From: Candidatus Versatilivorator sp.
GTDB lineage: Bacteria; Acidobacteriota; Terriglobia; Versatilivoradales; Versatilivoraceae
Direction: 5' to 3'
Length of the DNA: 64,000 nucleotides
Assembly: GCA_965207735.1 (NCBI GenBank)
Contig: OZ242296.1
Location: 3,424,001 to 3,488,000 of the forward strand
In this document: positions 20,076 to 31,186 of the stretch, piece by piece
Layout: the number at the start of each line of letters is the position of its first letter
Position numbering within the stretch: position 1 is the stretch's first letter
Translations under genes and position numbers: made by a program
Notes under the pieces: generated by a model
Database searches by the model: none
The model's input: the letters and a program-made list of their open reading frames with translations, nothing else
What the model was told of the DNA's origin: nothing

Positions 20076-20840
20076 TCAGCGGCAAGCCGCGGGTGAAAGG
20101 ATTTCCGCCCAGGACTTCAACTCGGAACTCAACTCCAGGGCGGTCTGGTCGAGCTTGAGCGGTGTGATGGAAACGCAGCCGGAGCGGACAGCCACGTAGT
20201 CGGAGTCCCCGTCGTCCGGCAGGTCGCGCGGCTCCAGCTCCTGGTCCAGCCAGAAGTACTTTCTGCCCCGAGGGTCCCGGCTCTCCACGATCAGGTTGGC
20301 GATCGGACAGGTGTCCTGTCGAGTCACCCGAACTCCCTGCCACCCCCCTGCGGGAACGTTCACGTTCAGGATAAAGCCCGGCGGAAGCGGCTTGTTCAGC
20401 AGTTGCCCCGCCAGATAAGCCGTGAACTGGGCCGCCTCTTCAAAGTCGAAGTCCGCCCGCGTCGCCAGCGAGACGGCTGCCGACTGAATCCCGTGCCTGG
20501 CGCCTTCCATGGCCCCCGCCACCGTACCGGAATAAGCGATGTCATGGCCCAGGTTGGAGCCCCGGTTGATTCCGGAGATCACCAGATCCGGCCTGCTGGG
20601 AAGGATGTGGTTCAGGGCGATGATCACGCAGTCCGCCGGTGTTCCCTCCACCGAGTAGCGATCCACTCCAATCTCTTGGTAGCGGATGGGCCGCCAAAGC
20701 GTCAGGGCCTGACTGGAGGCGCTCCTCTCCCCGTCGGGCGCCACGGTAATGACCTGTCCCAGGTGGGCAAGAGAGCGAGCCAGCGAGGTGATTCCTGCGG
20801 AGTGGATCCCGTCGTCGTTGGTCAGTAAGATTGCAGCCAA
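20076..20840 (-). CDS. surE: 5'/3'-nucleotidase SurE
   Basis: [33 protein letters not shown]; likely TTG start downstream of the tRNA. Confidence 0.95.
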   Translation of the reverse strand: MAAILLTNDDGIHSAGITSLARSLAHLGQVITVAPDGERSASSQALTLWRPIRYQEIGVDRYSVEGTPADCVIIALNHILPSRPDLVISGINRGSNLGHDIAYSGTVAGAMEGARHGIQSAAVSLATRADFDFEEAAQFTAYLAGQLLNKPLPPGFILNVNVPAGGWQGVRVTRQDTCPIANLIVESRDPRGRKYFWLDQELEPRDLPDDGDSDYVAVRSGCVSITPLKLDQTALELSSELKSWAEILSPAACR

Positions 20841-20860
20841 TGATGGACTCTGAAGAAAAA

Positions 20861-20937
20861 TGGTCGGGACGAGAGGATTTGAACCTCCGACCCCACGCAC
20901 CCCAAGCGTGTGCGCTACCTGGCTGCGCTACGTCCCG
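20861..20937 (-). tRNA. tRNA-Pro(GGG)
   Basis: 77-nt cloverleaf; anticodon arm CACGC-TTGGGGT-GCGTG; CCA end. Confidence 0.97.
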
Positions 20938-20952
20938 AAACCGATTCGGAAT

Positions 20953-21417
20953 CTAACACCTTCGATTCAGGATTGTCAAGATGGCCCGGAGCTCCGACTT
21001 GAGTGTACGGACCCTCTCCGCGGCGCTTTCGGCTGGGGCCGGTGTCGCCTCCGAAGGAGGCCCTCCCGACTCCTCAAGGGGCTCCCGATCGTGCCGGCGC
21101 GGTCCGCCGACAGCAGATCCGGCGGCGAGGGCTTTCCGTGCCCCCGCGATGGTGAACCCCTGGTCGTAGAGGAGGTGCTTGATGGCCAGAACCGTCTCGA
21201 TATCCCGCTTGCGATACATGCGGCGGCCGTTGGGTCCTTTGCCGGGTCTGAGGCGCGGAAACTCCGATTCCCAAAAGCGCAGGACGTAGGGCTCCACCTT
21301 CACCAGCTTCTGCACTTCCCCGATACTGAAAAACAACTTGTCGGGTACTTCGACAGGAGCCTCGGAATCTGCGCTTCCTCGCTGGCGATTCACGAGCTTG
21401 AGAGATCGTTCTGGCAT
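20953..21417 (-). CDS. MerR family HTH transcriptional regulator
   Basis: [11 protein letters not shown]...[10 protein letters not shown]...RRMYR...GFTIAGA; start uncertain. Confidence 0.9.
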   Translation of the reverse strand: MPERSLKLVNRQRGSADSEAPVEVPDKLFFSIGEVQKLVKVEPYVLRFWESEFPRLRPGKGPNGRRMYRKRDIETVLAIKHLLYDQGFTIAGARKALAAGSAVGGPRRHDREPLEESGGPPSEATPAPAESAAERVRTLKSELRAILTILNRRC

Positions 21418-21591
21418 GATCGGGCCGGCAGTCCTTTCGGGCCTGCGCGCTACTGCAACTTTACTTCATTGAGAACAAAACAGGCACTGAGTCACTCTCC
21501 CCAAGAGTCGAAGTCCCGACCCAATGCGGATGTTTCACAATCGAGAGGCGATGCGGCTTGCCCCCGCAGCCGGCGAGGGATGGCTTGACGG

Positions 21592-22914
21592 CTAGCCCAC
21601 CTTTCTTTCCACCTTGTGCTTCAACACCACCGGAGTGCCCACAAACCCGAAGCGCTCTCTGATCCGGTTGACGAGGTATCGCTGAATGGAGGGGTGAAGC
21701 GGCGACTTCCGAGCCGTGAAGAGCACAAAGGTCGGCGGCGAATCGTGCACTTGAGTCATGTATTGCACCCTGACCTGCCGGCTGAAGGGCACGGCCGTGT
21801 CTCGAAGAGCCTCCCGCTGCAGGAACGCATTCAACACCCCGGTTCCGATCCGGGTGCGCCGTGCCTTGAAGACCTGGTCGATCAGCGTGAGCAGCTTGGG
21901 GACGCGCTGGCCGGTGGCGGCCGAGATGAACACCATGGGAGCGTAGGCCAGGAACCGCAGCCTGGAGCGCACCCGCTTTTCGAAGGCCACCATGGTACCA
22001 CTGTCCTTTTGCATCAGATCCCATTTGTTGACCACCAGAATGGCCGAGGTTCCGACCTCCTGCACGTAGCCTGCGATGGCGGAATCCAGCGACGAGGGCG
22101 CCTCGGTGGCGTCCATCATGACCAGGGCCACATCGCAACGCTGTACGCTCTTGCGCGCCACCAGGACGCTGAGCTTTTCAGCCTGAAGAAAGGTCTGAGG
22201 TCTTTTGCGGATGCCGGCCGTGTCCATGAACCGATAGACCTTGCCGTTGCGGGTGGCTCGGGAATCGACGGCATCGCGGGTGGTTCCCGGAATCGGAGAC
22301 ACAATGGTGCGGGTTTCGCCCAGGATGCGATTCAGCAGCGTGGATTTGCCCACGTTGGGCTTGCCCACGATGGCGACCCGAATCTCTCCGGGCGGCAGCC
22401 GCTTGGTGCGGCCCCGCTTGGGGAGGTGTTTGACCACTTCGTCCAGCAGGTCGCCCACGTTCAAGCCATGGACCGCGGAGACTGGGATGACCGCACCCAT
22501 ACCCAGCTCGGAGAATTCCGGAGCCTGGATCCATTGGCCGGCGCTGTCGCATTTGTTCACGGCCACCACCACCGGCTTGGAGCATTCGATCAACAGCTTG
22601 CCCAGGGACCGGTCGAGGGGTGTGAGCCCGGCGCGCCCGTCCACCACCAGCACCAGGACCTGGGCCTTCCGGATGGCCGTCTCGGCTTGCTCGAAAATGA
22701 ATCCCGGCATTGGATCCCGATCCCCCGGGACCATGCCTCCGGTGTCGATGATTTCGAACTGCCGCCCGCCCCACTCGGCCCGGGCCTCCACCCGGTCTCG
22801 GGTCATTCCGGGCTCATTGCCCACCAGGGAACGCCTCTGCCCGCAGATTCTGTTGAACAGGGTGGACTTGCCGACGTTGGGGCGGCCGATAATGGCAACG
22901 GTAGGCTGGCTCAA
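21592..22914 (-). CDS. der: Ribosome biogenesis GTPase Der
   Basis: Two GTPase domains (GRPNVGKS, GKPNVGKS) and KH-like C-terminus. Confidence 0.97.
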   Translation of the reverse strand: MSQPTVAIIGRPNVGKSTLFNRICGQRRSLVGNEPGMTRDRVEARAEWGGRQFEIIDTGGMVPGDRDPMPGFIFEQAETAIRKAQVLVLVVDGRAGLTPLDRSLGKLLIECSKPVVVAVNKCDSAGQWIQAPEFSELGMGAVIPVSAVHGLNVGDLLDEVVKHLPKRGRTKRLPPGEIRVAIVGKPNVGKSTLLNRILGETRTIVSPIPGTTRDAVDSRATRNGKVYRFMDTAGIRKRPQTFLQAEKLSVLVARKSVQRCDVALVMMDATEAPSSLDSAIAGYVQEVGTSAILVVNKWDLMQKDSGTMVAFEKRVRSRLRFLAYAPMVFISAATGQRVPKLLTLIDQVFKARRTRIGTGVLNAFLQREALRDTAVPFSRQVRVQYMTQVHDSPPTFVLFTARKSPLHPSIQRYLVNRIRERFGFVGTPVVLKHKVERKVG

Positions 22915-23007
22915 GGGAATCGCCTCCGGACGATCTCCGAATTTACCTCAGTATACCGCATTAATAAGGGATGCGACCCGTCTCGGACTTCGACTACAAT
23001 TCGGCTG

Positions 23008-23613
23008 ATGGGAGCGTGGCAAGGCTCCCCGATCCGCGATTGGAACGCCTGGAAGATACCGGTTTTGAGCCGAAAGAGCCTTGACATCGGTTGCGGCCGC
23101 TTCAAGCTTCCCGGAAGCATCGGCCTGGACGTGGCGCCCCTGGAAGGGGTGGACGTGGTCCACGATCTGGACCGGTTTCCCTACCCTTTTCCCTCGGACT
23201 CCTTCGATCATGTTCGGATGTCTCACGTGGTCGAACACATCCAGTCCATCGTTCGGACCATGGAGGAGATTCATCGCATTGCCCGCCCGGGAGCCGTGGT
23301 GGAAGTGGTGACGCCCCACTACACCGACACTTCGTCCTGGCAGGATCCCTCCCACCGCTGGCACCTCAACAGCCGGTCCTTCGAGCACTTCGAAGAGACA
23401 TCCCCGACCAACTACTATTCGAAGGCCCGCTTTGCGGTGGAATACTCCGAGGTCAGGCTGCTCAAGCTCTACCGCTATCTGGGCTTCGAGTTCCTGATCA
23501 ACCTGCAGAACCGCAGTCCCCGCTTCCGCTTCCTGAGAAAGTTCTGGGAGCAGTACCTCTGCACCCTGGTCCGGGGAAAGGTCATGTCCTTCCGACTGCG
23601 GGTGCTGAAGTAG
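23008..23613 (+). CDS. Class I SAM-dependent methyltransferase
   Basis: LDIGCG, SHVVEH, DPSH. Real part of ORF 21616-23613; start is 23008 or 23065. Confidence 0.8.
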   Translation: MGAWQGSPIRDWNAWKIPVLSRKSLDIGCGRFKLPGSIGLDVAPLEGVDVVHDLDRFPYPFPSDSFDHVRMSHVVEHIQSIVRTMEEIHRIARPGAVVEVVTPHYTDTSSWQDPSHRWHLNSRSFEHFEETSPTNYYSKARFAVEYSEVRLLKLYRYLGFEFLINLQNRSPRFRFLRKFWEQYLCTLVRGKVMSFRLRVLK

Positions 23614-23629
23614 CCGGTCCGAGTTCCCG

Positions 23630-24325
23630 ATGGCCCGAACCATGAATAAAGAACTGGCAGTAGTACTGGTGAGCGGGGGCATGGACAGCTGCGTCTGTGC
23701 GGCCATGGCTCTTCAGCAGCACGAGGCGGCCTTCCTCCACGTCTCCTACGGTCAGCGTACCGCCCGCCAGGAATTGAGGGCCTTTCAACGCATCGCTGAA
23801 TTTTACGGAATAGAGAGAACGCTGGCGTGCGAGCTGTCCCATCTGGGCCGGATCGGAGGGTCCAGCCTGACCGACGCCGCCATAGCGGTCGAAGAGGCCG
23901 ATCTGGAGAGCCGGGAGATTCCCAGCAGCTATGTGCCCTTCCGCAACGCCCACTTTCTCTCCATTGCGACCTCCTGGGGCGAGGTGCTGGGCGCCCGTTC
24001 CATATTCATCGGAGCCGTCTTCGAGGACAGCTCGGGATACCCGGACTGCCGCCCCGAGTACTACCGGGCCTTCAACCGCCTGATTGAAGCCGGAACCCGC
24101 CCCGAGACCCGCCTGGAGATCCTGACACCGATCATCCGGATGAAAAAGAGTGAAATCGTTGCGGCCGGACTCAGGCTTGGGGCGCCCCTCCATCTGACCT
24201 GGTCTTGCTATCGGGGCGGGGACATCGCCTGCGGGCGGTGCGACAGTTGCGCCCTGCGGAGACGGGGATTTCGGGAAGCCGGCGTGGAGGACCCGACCCC
24301 CTATCATCATACGGAGAAAATCTAG
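23630..24325 (+). CDS. queC: 7-cyano-7-deazaguanine synthase QueC
   Basis: SGGMDS, YVPFRN, GYPDCR, TWSCY...CGRCDSC. Confidence 0.96.
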   Translation: MARTMNKELAVVLVSGGMDSCVCAAMALQQHEAAFLHVSYGQRTARQELRAFQRIAEFYGIERTLACELSHLGRIGGSSLTDAAIAVEEADLESREIPSSYVPFRNAHFLSIATSWGEVLGARSIFIGAVFEDSSGYPDCRPEYYRAFNRLIEAGTRPETRLEILTPIIRMKKSEIVAAGLRLGAPLHLTWSCYRGGDIACGRCDSCALRRRGFREAGVEDPTPYHHTEKI

Positions 24326-24406
24326 CCCCGGACGGCTTTTTTGCGGTAGAGTTCATCCAAAAGGGAAAGCCTGGGGAACAGGCAGAATCCGTCGCTGGAG
24401 GTTTCC

Positions 24407-25480
24407 ATGAACACAAAGATACGCGCCCTACCGATCTTGGCCATGCTGGCCGTCGCAACCCTGTTGTTGCCGGCTGCCCTTTCGGCCCAGAGCGCCCTCT
24501 CCGGAGAGGTCGTCGGCGAGGATGGAAAGCCCCTGGAAGGGGCCACAATCACCCTGGACCGACTCAAGGTCGAAAAAAACTATAAAGTCACGACCGACAA
24601 GAAAGGGCGCTACTTTATCGGAGGGCTCAGACCGGCCTTCTACAAGGTGGTGCTGGCCATCGACGACCAGCCGGTAGCCCATTACCAGGAGTTCCAGATC
24701 AAGCTGGGAAACGAGAACACGCTGGACTTCGATCTGGCCGAAATCAGAAAGGCGGCCCTGGCCCAGATGACTGACGAGGAAAGAGAGGCCAGGGAGCAGG
24801 AGCGCAAGCGCAGGGAAGCCGCTGAAAAGAAGTTCACCAACATGAAGTCGGCTTTCGACGAGGGGCGAAAGCTTTTCATGGCCAAAAACTATGAGGCAGC
24901 CTCGGTGGCTTTTGGAAGGGCTGCGGAAATCGATCCCAGCCAGCATGTGGTGTTGGGCAACCTCGCCATCTCCTATCAAAGGCTGAGGAAGTATGACCAG
25001 GCCGTCGAGAGCTACCGGAAAGCCATTGCCGCTCTAGCCGACAGACCCGATCCCCTGGCGGAGTCCGAGTATTATTTCAACATCGGCATTGTCTATGGCA
25101 ACCAGGGTGAACCGGAGCTGGCGGTGGAAGCCATGGAAAAGGCGGCCGAACTCGATCCCGGCAGGGCCGGACAGGCCTTTTACAACCTGGGCGTGGTGCT
25201 GAGCAACAGCGGCAAGAACGCGGCGGCCCTGGAGGCATTCAAGAAGGCCGTCGAGGAAGATCCGCGGCACGCCAACGCCCACTACCAGATCGGAATGGGC
25301 CTGGTAGGCATGGCCACATTCACTGCTGACGGCACGACGATTCCCGCGCCGGGCACCGTTGAGGCCTTCGAGAATTACCTGCTGTATGAGCCCGAGGGAA
25401 GGTTTGCCGCACAGGCCAAGGCCATGATCCAAACCCTCTCGGCCAGCGTGCAAACGGAATTCAGCAAGGATGACGAATAG
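24407..25480 (+). CDS. Secreted carboxypeptidase-regulatory-like domain + TPR protein
   Basis: Signal peptide, GEVVGEDGKPLEGA domain, multiple TPRs. Confidence 0.85.
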   Translation: MNTKIRALPILAMLAVATLLLPAALSAQSALSGEVVGEDGKPLEGATITLDRLKVEKNYKVTTDKKGRYFIGGLRPAFYKVVLAIDDQPVAHYQEFQIKLGNENTLDFDLAEIRKAALAQMTDEEREAREQERKRREAAEKKFTNMKSAFDEGRKLFMAKNYEAASVAFGRAAEIDPSQHVVLGNLAISYQRLRKYDQAVESYRKAIAALADRPDPLAESEYYFNIGIVYGNQGEPELAVEAMEKAAELDPGRAGQAFYNLGVVLSNSGKNAAALEAFKKAVEEDPRHANAHYQIGMGLVGMATFTADGTTIPAPGTVEAFENYLLYEPEGRFAAQAKAMIQTLSASVQTEFSKDDE

Positions 25481-25502
25481 TCAGGCGAGGGGGAAACCGG
25501 TC

Positions 25503-26357
25503 TCAGCTTTCCTTGAACTCCACTCCGTCCACTACCCAGTCCAGGCTGCCTCTCTTCAGGATCAACGAGGCTTCCAACCTTGCGAATCCGGTCTCGCCTC
25601 TGGCAGCCAGAAATAGGGTGGTTCCCATGGTCATGCGATCGGTGTCGGTCTGAACCAGCGAGGTGACCTCAAAGGCAACGTAGGCCGGATCTTCCGAACC
25701 CAGCAGGAATTCGCTCATCACCTGCTGATTCTCGAAACGGCTTTGGAACCCCTGCGTCAGCAGTTGGCTGGCTGCTTCAACGTTGCGGTCGATGAGGTGC
25801 CTCATGAATCGCTTGGCCACCATCATGGCGAACTTGGCCCGCTTCTCGCTGGCCACGTTGAAGGGCATGATCGGCCGGCGGGGATCGGACCTGAGGAATT
25901 TGATGTCTTCGGCCACCCAGGCGCCCCTGATCTTCACGAACCGAATCTGCTCGTTGACCCGGCTGCTCACCTGGTTGTTGAGGTCGACCCAGGTGCTTTC
26001 CACCGAGACCTGGAACTTGTCCTTGCCCAGAGGAAATATGGCGGCAGGACTGAAGTCGAAGGCAGCGACCCGCCCGCTGCGCACTCGGATGGAGAGACGT
26101 TTGCCGCGAAGATAGCGCTTCTCCAAACCCGCTGTCATGAGCTTGCGGGCCTCGACGTTGTGCCTCAGCGTCCTGGCGCCCATGAATGCCTTCACCGTGT
26201 TCACCTTGGAAGGGTCAGGCGAACCTTGCGGCAGCGCCGGGAAAGCAGGAATACAGGCCAGGGCGACTCCCAGACAAACCAGGCTGTGGACACCGCGCAT
26301 TTTTGTCTTCACCGCTTTCTCCTCCCGAGCTGACGAGCGACGGATCCTTCCCGCCAA
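25503..26357 (-). CDS. Hypothetical secreted protein (two NTF2-like halves)
   Basis: Signal-like segment, coding-like composition; start uncertain. Confidence 0.55.
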   Translation of the reverse strand: MAGRIRRSSAREEKAVKTKMRGVHSLVCLGVALACIPAFPALPQGSPDPSKVNTVKAFMGARTLRHNVEARKLMTAGLEKRYLRGKRLSIRVRSGRVAAFDFSPAAIFPLGKDKFQVSVESTWVDLNNQVSSRVNEQIRFVKIRGAWVAEDIKFLRSDPRRPIMPFNVASEKRAKFAMMVAKRFMRHLIDRNVEAASQLLTQGFQSRFENQQVMSEFLLGSEDPAYVAFEVTSLVQTDTDRMTMGTTLFLAARGETGFARLEASLILKRGSLDWVVDGVEFKES

Positions 26358-26595
26358 ATTAGTGTACCCCGAATAGCGGCAGGATTCATCTCCCCCGTGG
26401 TGCTTTTCGGATAGAGGAGGAGACGGACGGGGGTTTCCAGCAGAGGCCGTGACCGGCCGGCCGAATTGACTTCAATCGGGTTTTTAGCTTAAATAATTGA
26501 CCTAACAAGCTGCGGGTCAAGGGAATTGCGGGTATCTTCTTCCGCCGGGCGCCGAGCGGTCGGGCGGCCCGGTCGGCTTGCATTTGGAATCGAAC

Positions 26596-27417
26596 ATGAA
26601 CTTGCTCAAACAAGAGGCTGTCGGGAGCGACACGGTCTGGCCCGATATCCGTGAAGATGTCTCCCTCGAAGCAGCGCGCGAGCCTATCCTGGCCAGCTTT
26701 CTGCATTCCACCGTGCTCAACCACCAGAGCCTGGAGGACACGCTCAGCTTTCACCTTGCCGCCAAGCTGACCAGTCCCAGCCTGTCTCCCATGATGATTC
26801 GGGACGTCATCGACGAGGCGCTGAGCGACAGCGCTTCCATTCGAGCCGCGGTTCGAGAGGATCTGAGGGCCTTCCGCGACAGAGACCCCGCCTGCAACAG
26901 CTATGCCGAACCCCTGCTCTACTACAAGGGGTTCCATGCCCTGCAGTCCTACCGCGTGGCCCACTGGCTGTGGACGCAGGAGCGCCATCAGCTGGCGCTG
27001 CTGCTCCAGAACCGGATTTCGGAAGTCTTCCAGGTGGACATTCATCCGGCCGCCCGCATCGGCAAAGGGATCTTCATCGACCATGGGACGGGCGTGGTTA
27101 TCGGCGAGACAGCCGTGGTCGACGACATGGTCTCCATGTTGCACGCGGTGACGCTGGGCGGGACCGGCAAGGAGAGTGGAGACCGGCATCCCAAAGTCCA
27201 CCGCGGGGTCCTGATCGGCGCCGGCGCCAAGATCCTGGGCAACGTGCATGTGGGTGAGGGCGCCAAAGTCGGAGCCGGCAGCGTGGTTCTGAACGATGTC
27301 CCGCCCCACTGCACCGTCACCGGCGTTCCGGCCAAGGTGGTTGGATGCCCGGACGTGGATGAGCCCGCGGTCGAGATGGACCACCAGATTCCCGAGCGAC
27401 CCGGCGTTCAACCCTGA
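26596..27417 (+). CDS. cysE: Serine O-acetyltransferase
   Basis: RDPAC, KGFHALQSYRVAH, VDIHPAARIG, DRHPKV hexapeptide repeats. Confidence 0.96.
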   Translation: MNLLKQEAVGSDTVWPDIREDVSLEAAREPILASFLHSTVLNHQSLEDTLSFHLAAKLTSPSLSPMMIRDVIDEALSDSASIRAAVREDLRAFRDRDPACNSYAEPLLYYKGFHALQSYRVAHWLWTQERHQLALLLQNRISEVFQVDIHPAARIGKGIFIDHGTGVVIGETAVVDDMVSMLHAVTLGGTGKESGDRHPKVHRGVLIGAGAKILGNVHVGEGAKVGAGSVVLNDVPPHCTVTGVPAKVVGCPDVDEPAVEMDHQIPERPGVQP

Positions 27418-27449
27418 TAAACCCGTCCAACACCACAACAGGGGACACC

Positions 27450-28112
27450 ATGAAACATCTGGGTCTTGCCCTTCTGATGGTCGCCTGGCTGGCCTGCGGT
27501 CGTTCATCGGTTCCGGAGGCGGGCTTCGTGCCCCTCTTTGACGGCAAGTCTCTTCAGGGTTGGCAAGCGGTGGAAAAGGTAGGTGAGGGCTACCTGGTGG
27601 AGAACGGAGTCCTGATCTGCCCCGCCGAGGGCGGGGGCAATCTCTTCAGCGAGCGGGAGTACTCGGACTTTGTCCTCCGCTTCGAGTTTCGCCTGCAGGA
27701 AGGTTCCAACAACGGGGTCGGCATCCGGGCGCCGCTGGTTGGAGACGCCGCTTACCAGGGGTTGGAAATCCAGGTCCTCGACAACCACTCGCCCCGCTAC
27801 AAGGACAAGCTCCGCCCTGCCCAGTATCACGGGTCGGTCTATGACCTGGCTCCGGCCAAGCGGGGGTTCCTGAAACCGACGGGAGAGTGGAACCAGGAGG
27901 AGATCCGTGCCGTGGGCCGCCAGATCACGGTGACCCTCAACGGCACGGTCATCGTCGATTTCGATCTGGATTCGGTGACCGACAGCCAGGTTCTGGAGAA
28001 ACACTCCGGAGTGGCGCGGAGCAGTGGACACATCGGATTCCTGGGGCACGGGACCAAAGTCGAGTTCCGGAACATTCGAATCAAGGAAATTCGCCGGGAG
28101 TCCGAGCTGTAA
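27450..28112 (+). CDS. DUF1080 (3-keto-disaccharide hydrolase) family protein
   Basis: LFDGKSLQGW, NNGVGIR, EIQVLD, GHIGFLGH, FRNIRIKE. Confidence 0.9.
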   Translation: MKHLGLALLMVAWLACGRSSVPEAGFVPLFDGKSLQGWQAVEKVGEGYLVENGVLICPAEGGGNLFSEREYSDFVLRFEFRLQEGSNNGVGIRAPLVGDAAYQGLEIQVLDNHSPRYKDKLRPAQYHGSVYDLAPAKRGFLKPTGEWNQEEIRAVGRQITVTLNGTVIVDFDLDSVTDSQVLEKHSGVARSSGHIGFLGHGTKVEFRNIRIKEIRRESEL

Positions 28113-28195
28113 GAGGCTGCCAGCGGCGCACGAGCCCGGTAGTGCAGGGGCCCGGCTTGTCTGAAACAACCGACAAACGACAAAAGAAAAAAGAC

Positions 28196-28755
28196 TTATC
28201 CACGAAGGGCCACTAAGGCGCGGGAGAAGACTCAAGAGGGATGGGGCGAAGGTCGGCAAGGGGGTCAAGGAAGGACACAAGACAAAGAGGATTTGTCCGC
28301 GGAGGAGCAAGTGGGGGCGCTTCCCACTGCATCGTGATTTACAGGGATTATTAACATCGATGTACAGGATTCACAGGATTCTTCAGGAAACGGCCAGCTT
28401 CTAATGCCGGGAATCCGCAAATCCGCACCGGATCACCGCCCGAGTTGGCTTCTGGTGCAGGAAGCTCTCGTCCTGTTAATCCTGTGCATCCTGTGCATCG
28501 ATGTTCAATGGGTAGAAAATCGTGCTAACCGAACAGGGTCCTTGTTCCCGACCGGCTATGAAGATTCCTTGTTTCACTCTAAAGGAAAACGGCGAACCAC
28601 GAATGGACACGAAGTCATACCAGGGTAGCAGCGTTGCAGAAGCATTGTGGTGCCGCTTCTCGTTCGAGTGAGTCCACCTGCATTCGTGTGAATTCGTGTC
28701 CATTCGTGGTTCGTCTTTATTCAGCGATCGATTGTTTTTCCTCGTAATGATCCGC
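28196..28755. repeat. Composite intergenic repeat containing two periodic inverted-repeat elements
   Basis: 28-bp IR at 28353-28380/28478-28505; perfect IR at 28594-28613/28693-28712; homologous segments at 32961-33105, 48797-49179, 57292-57580. Confidence 0.8.
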
Positions 28756-28837
28756 ATGGCAGGGCGGGAGACCGGCTAATGTCCTCCCCGGGCGCCGGTC
28801 TGCAGTCCCATGCTCAACGGTCTGAAAGAGTCCCCCA

Positions 28838-29620
28838 TTGTCTGCCCCTGCCAAGGCTCCGGAACGCTTTCTGGGACGGGTCGAATACTATCGAAAGTAT
28901 CGGCCCGGCTACCCCGAGGGCCTGCTCGAATGGCTGAAGGAACTGTCGGCCCTGAAACCTTCCCACCGCGTCGCCGACATCGGCTCCGGGACGGGCCTGC
29001 TGGCGGAGCTATTCCTGCGGCAGGGCTACCCGGTGGTGGGTGTCGAGCCCAATCCCGAGATGCGGCGGACGGCTGAATCTCACCTGAAGCGCTACCCCCG
29101 CTTCCGGACCATCGATGGGCGAGCGGAAGCCACCACCCTCGGCAGCCGGTCGGTGGATCTCATCGTCGCCGGCCAAGCCTTCCACTGGTTCCCGATCGAC
29201 CGCACCCGAGAGGAGTTCCAACGCATCACCAAACCTCCGGCCTGTGCGGTCCTGGCCTGGAACCAGCGCAAGACCGAAAGCACGGGGTTCCTGAGGGCCT
29301 ACGAGAAGTTGTTGCTGCGGCACGGCACCGACTACGCCCGGGTTCGCCACCAGAACATCGGCCAGCCCCAACTGCAGGCTTTCTTCGGTCCACAAGCAAT
29401 TCACAACAAGACTCTGGCCAACTCTCAGGTCTTCGACCGGGAGGGCCTCATCGGGCGCACCCTCTCCTGCTCTTTCGTGCCGTTGCCCGGACAGCCGGGC
29501 CACCGGTCCCTGATGCGGGCGCTGGACCGGATTTTTAAGGAGTGGCAGGTCGAAGGAAGGGTTACCTTCGAATACGACACCCTGGTCTATGCCGGAAGGC
29601 TACACCCCAACCCGCGGTGA
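28838..29620 (+). CDS. Class I SAM-dependent methyltransferase
   Basis: YRPGYP, VADIGSGTG, AGQAFHWF. Confidence 0.9.
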   Translation: MSAPAKAPERFLGRVEYYRKYRPGYPEGLLEWLKELSALKPSHRVADIGSGTGLLAELFLRQGYPVVGVEPNPEMRRTAESHLKRYPRFRTIDGRAEATTLGSRSVDLIVAGQAFHWFPIDRTREEFQRITKPPACAVLAWNQRKTESTGFLRAYEKLLLRHGTDYARVRHQNIGQPQLQAFFGPQAIHNKTLANSQVFDREGLIGRTLSCSFVPLPGQPGHRSLMRALDRIFKEWQVEGRVTFEYDTLVYAGRLHPNPR

Positions 29621-29768
29621 CTCGGCCAGCCCGGGGGACTGGCCCGGGAATGTATACTAACCGGCGCCTGGCGACGCCCCGGTAACACGCAGTGACACCC
29701 GCTGCCGGGCCAAAACGCCGAGCCTGTAGGCACTCCCCATCTCCCGGTTGACCCGGGATCTTAGTCCC

Positions 29769-31151
29769 ATGACCGACTCGTCACCCGCGAACCGGACGGA
29801 AACGGATCTCGAACGTCTGGACAAGCAGACCCTGTGGCACCCCTTCACTCAAATGAAGGAGTGGATGGAATCTCCTCAACTGGTGATCGAGCGGGGCCGG
29901 GGAGTCTACTTGTACGACACCCGGGGAAGGAAGTATCTGGATGGAGTCTCTTCCCTTTGGGCCAACATTCACGGCCACTCCCACCCCCACATCGTGCGGG
30001 CCATCCGCCGCCAACTGGACCGCCTGGACCACAGCTCCCTGCTGGGGCTGACCAACGCTCCCGCGGCGCAACTGGCCGGTAAGCTGGTCGAGCTCACGCC
30101 CCCGAACCTGACCCGGGTCTTCTTTTCGGACGACGGAGCCACGGCCGTGGAGATCGCCCTCAAGATGTCGTTCCAGTACTGGAGAAACCAGGGGCGGCAA
30201 TGGGACTCCAAGAAGACGTTCGTGGCCTTCTCCAACGCCTATCACGGGGATACCCTGGGGTCGGTGAGCGTGGGTGGGGTGCGGCTCTTCCACGAGGTCT
30301 TCCGGCCTCTTCTTTTCCCGACCATCAGGGTCCCCTATCCCTATTGCTACCGATGCCCGCTGGGAAAGCAGCCGCCGAACTGTGAGATCGACCAGCTCCG
30401 GGAATTCGAACAGGTGCTGCGGACCCGCCATCGCGAGATCTGCGGCGTGGTGGTGGAGCCCATGATTCAGGGGGCGGGGGGAATGGTGCCCATGCCCGAT
30501 GGCTTCCTGGGGAAACTGACCGAGCTGACCCGGCGTTTCGGGGTTCACCTGATCCTGGATGAGGTGGCAACCGGATTCGGCAGAACCGGCAGGATGCTGG
30601 CCCTGGAACACGAGGGCGTCCAGCCCGATTTTCTGGCCCTGGCCAAGGGAATCACCGGCGGCACGCTGCCATTGGCGGCCACCCTGACCAGCGAGGAGAT
30701 CTTCGAGTCCTTTCTGGGGGAGTACGAGGAGTTCAAGTCCTTTTTTCACGGACACACCTACACGGGGAATCCGCTGGCCTGCGCGGCCGCCCTGGCCAAC
30801 CTGGAGGTCTTCAGCAAGGAGAAGACTCTGCAGAAGTTGCAGGGGAAAATCACCTATCTGACCAAGGCGCTGCGGCGCATGTGGGAACTGCCCTGCGTCG
30901 GGGACGTGCGACAACTGGGGTTCATGGCGGGAATCGAGCTGGTGCGGGATCGCGGCAGCAGGCAGCCTTTTCCGCTGGGACGCCGCATGGGACACCGAGT
31001 GGTTCTGCAGGCCCGGCGGCGCGGCGTCCTCCTGAGGCCCCTCGGCGACACCGTTGTGCTGATGCCCCCGCTGTCGATCACCCGGCCCCAATTGAAAACG
31101 CTGGTGGAGGTTACCTACAATAGCATCCAGGCCGCTTGGGAAGAGGAGTGA
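29769..31151 (+). CDS. bioA: Adenosylmethionine-8-amino-7-oxononanoate transaminase
   Basis: LWHPFTQM, YHGDT, DEVATGFGRTG, AKGITGG, HGHTYTGNPLAC. Confidence 0.93.
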   Translation: MTDSSPANRTETDLERLDKQTLWHPFTQMKEWMESPQLVIERGRGVYLYDTRGRKYLDGVSSLWANIHGHSHPHIVRAIRRQLDRLDHSSLLGLTNAPAAQLAGKLVELTPPNLTRVFFSDDGATAVEIALKMSFQYWRNQGRQWDSKKTFVAFSNAYHGDTLGSVSVGGVRLFHEVFRPLLFPTIRVPYPYCYRCPLGKQPPNCEIDQLREFEQVLRTRHREICGVVVEPMIQGAGGMVPMPDGFLGKLTELTRRFGVHLILDEVATGFGRTGRMLALEHEGVQPDFLALAKGITGGTLPLAATLTSEEIFESFLGEYEEFKSFFHGHTYTGNPLACAAALANLEVFSKEKTLQKLQGKITYLTKALRRMWELPCVGDVRQLGFMAGIELVRDRGSRQPFPLGRRMGHRVVLQARRRGVLLRPLGDTVVLMPPLSITRPQLKTLVEVTYNSIQAAWEEE

Positions 31152-31186
31152 CCCCGGTCCACCAAGCGCATAGAGAATGAGGCAAT

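Noticed and set aside
28353-28713. CRISPR array
   Set aside because: Repeats are inverted and periodic, not direct repeats with unique spacers
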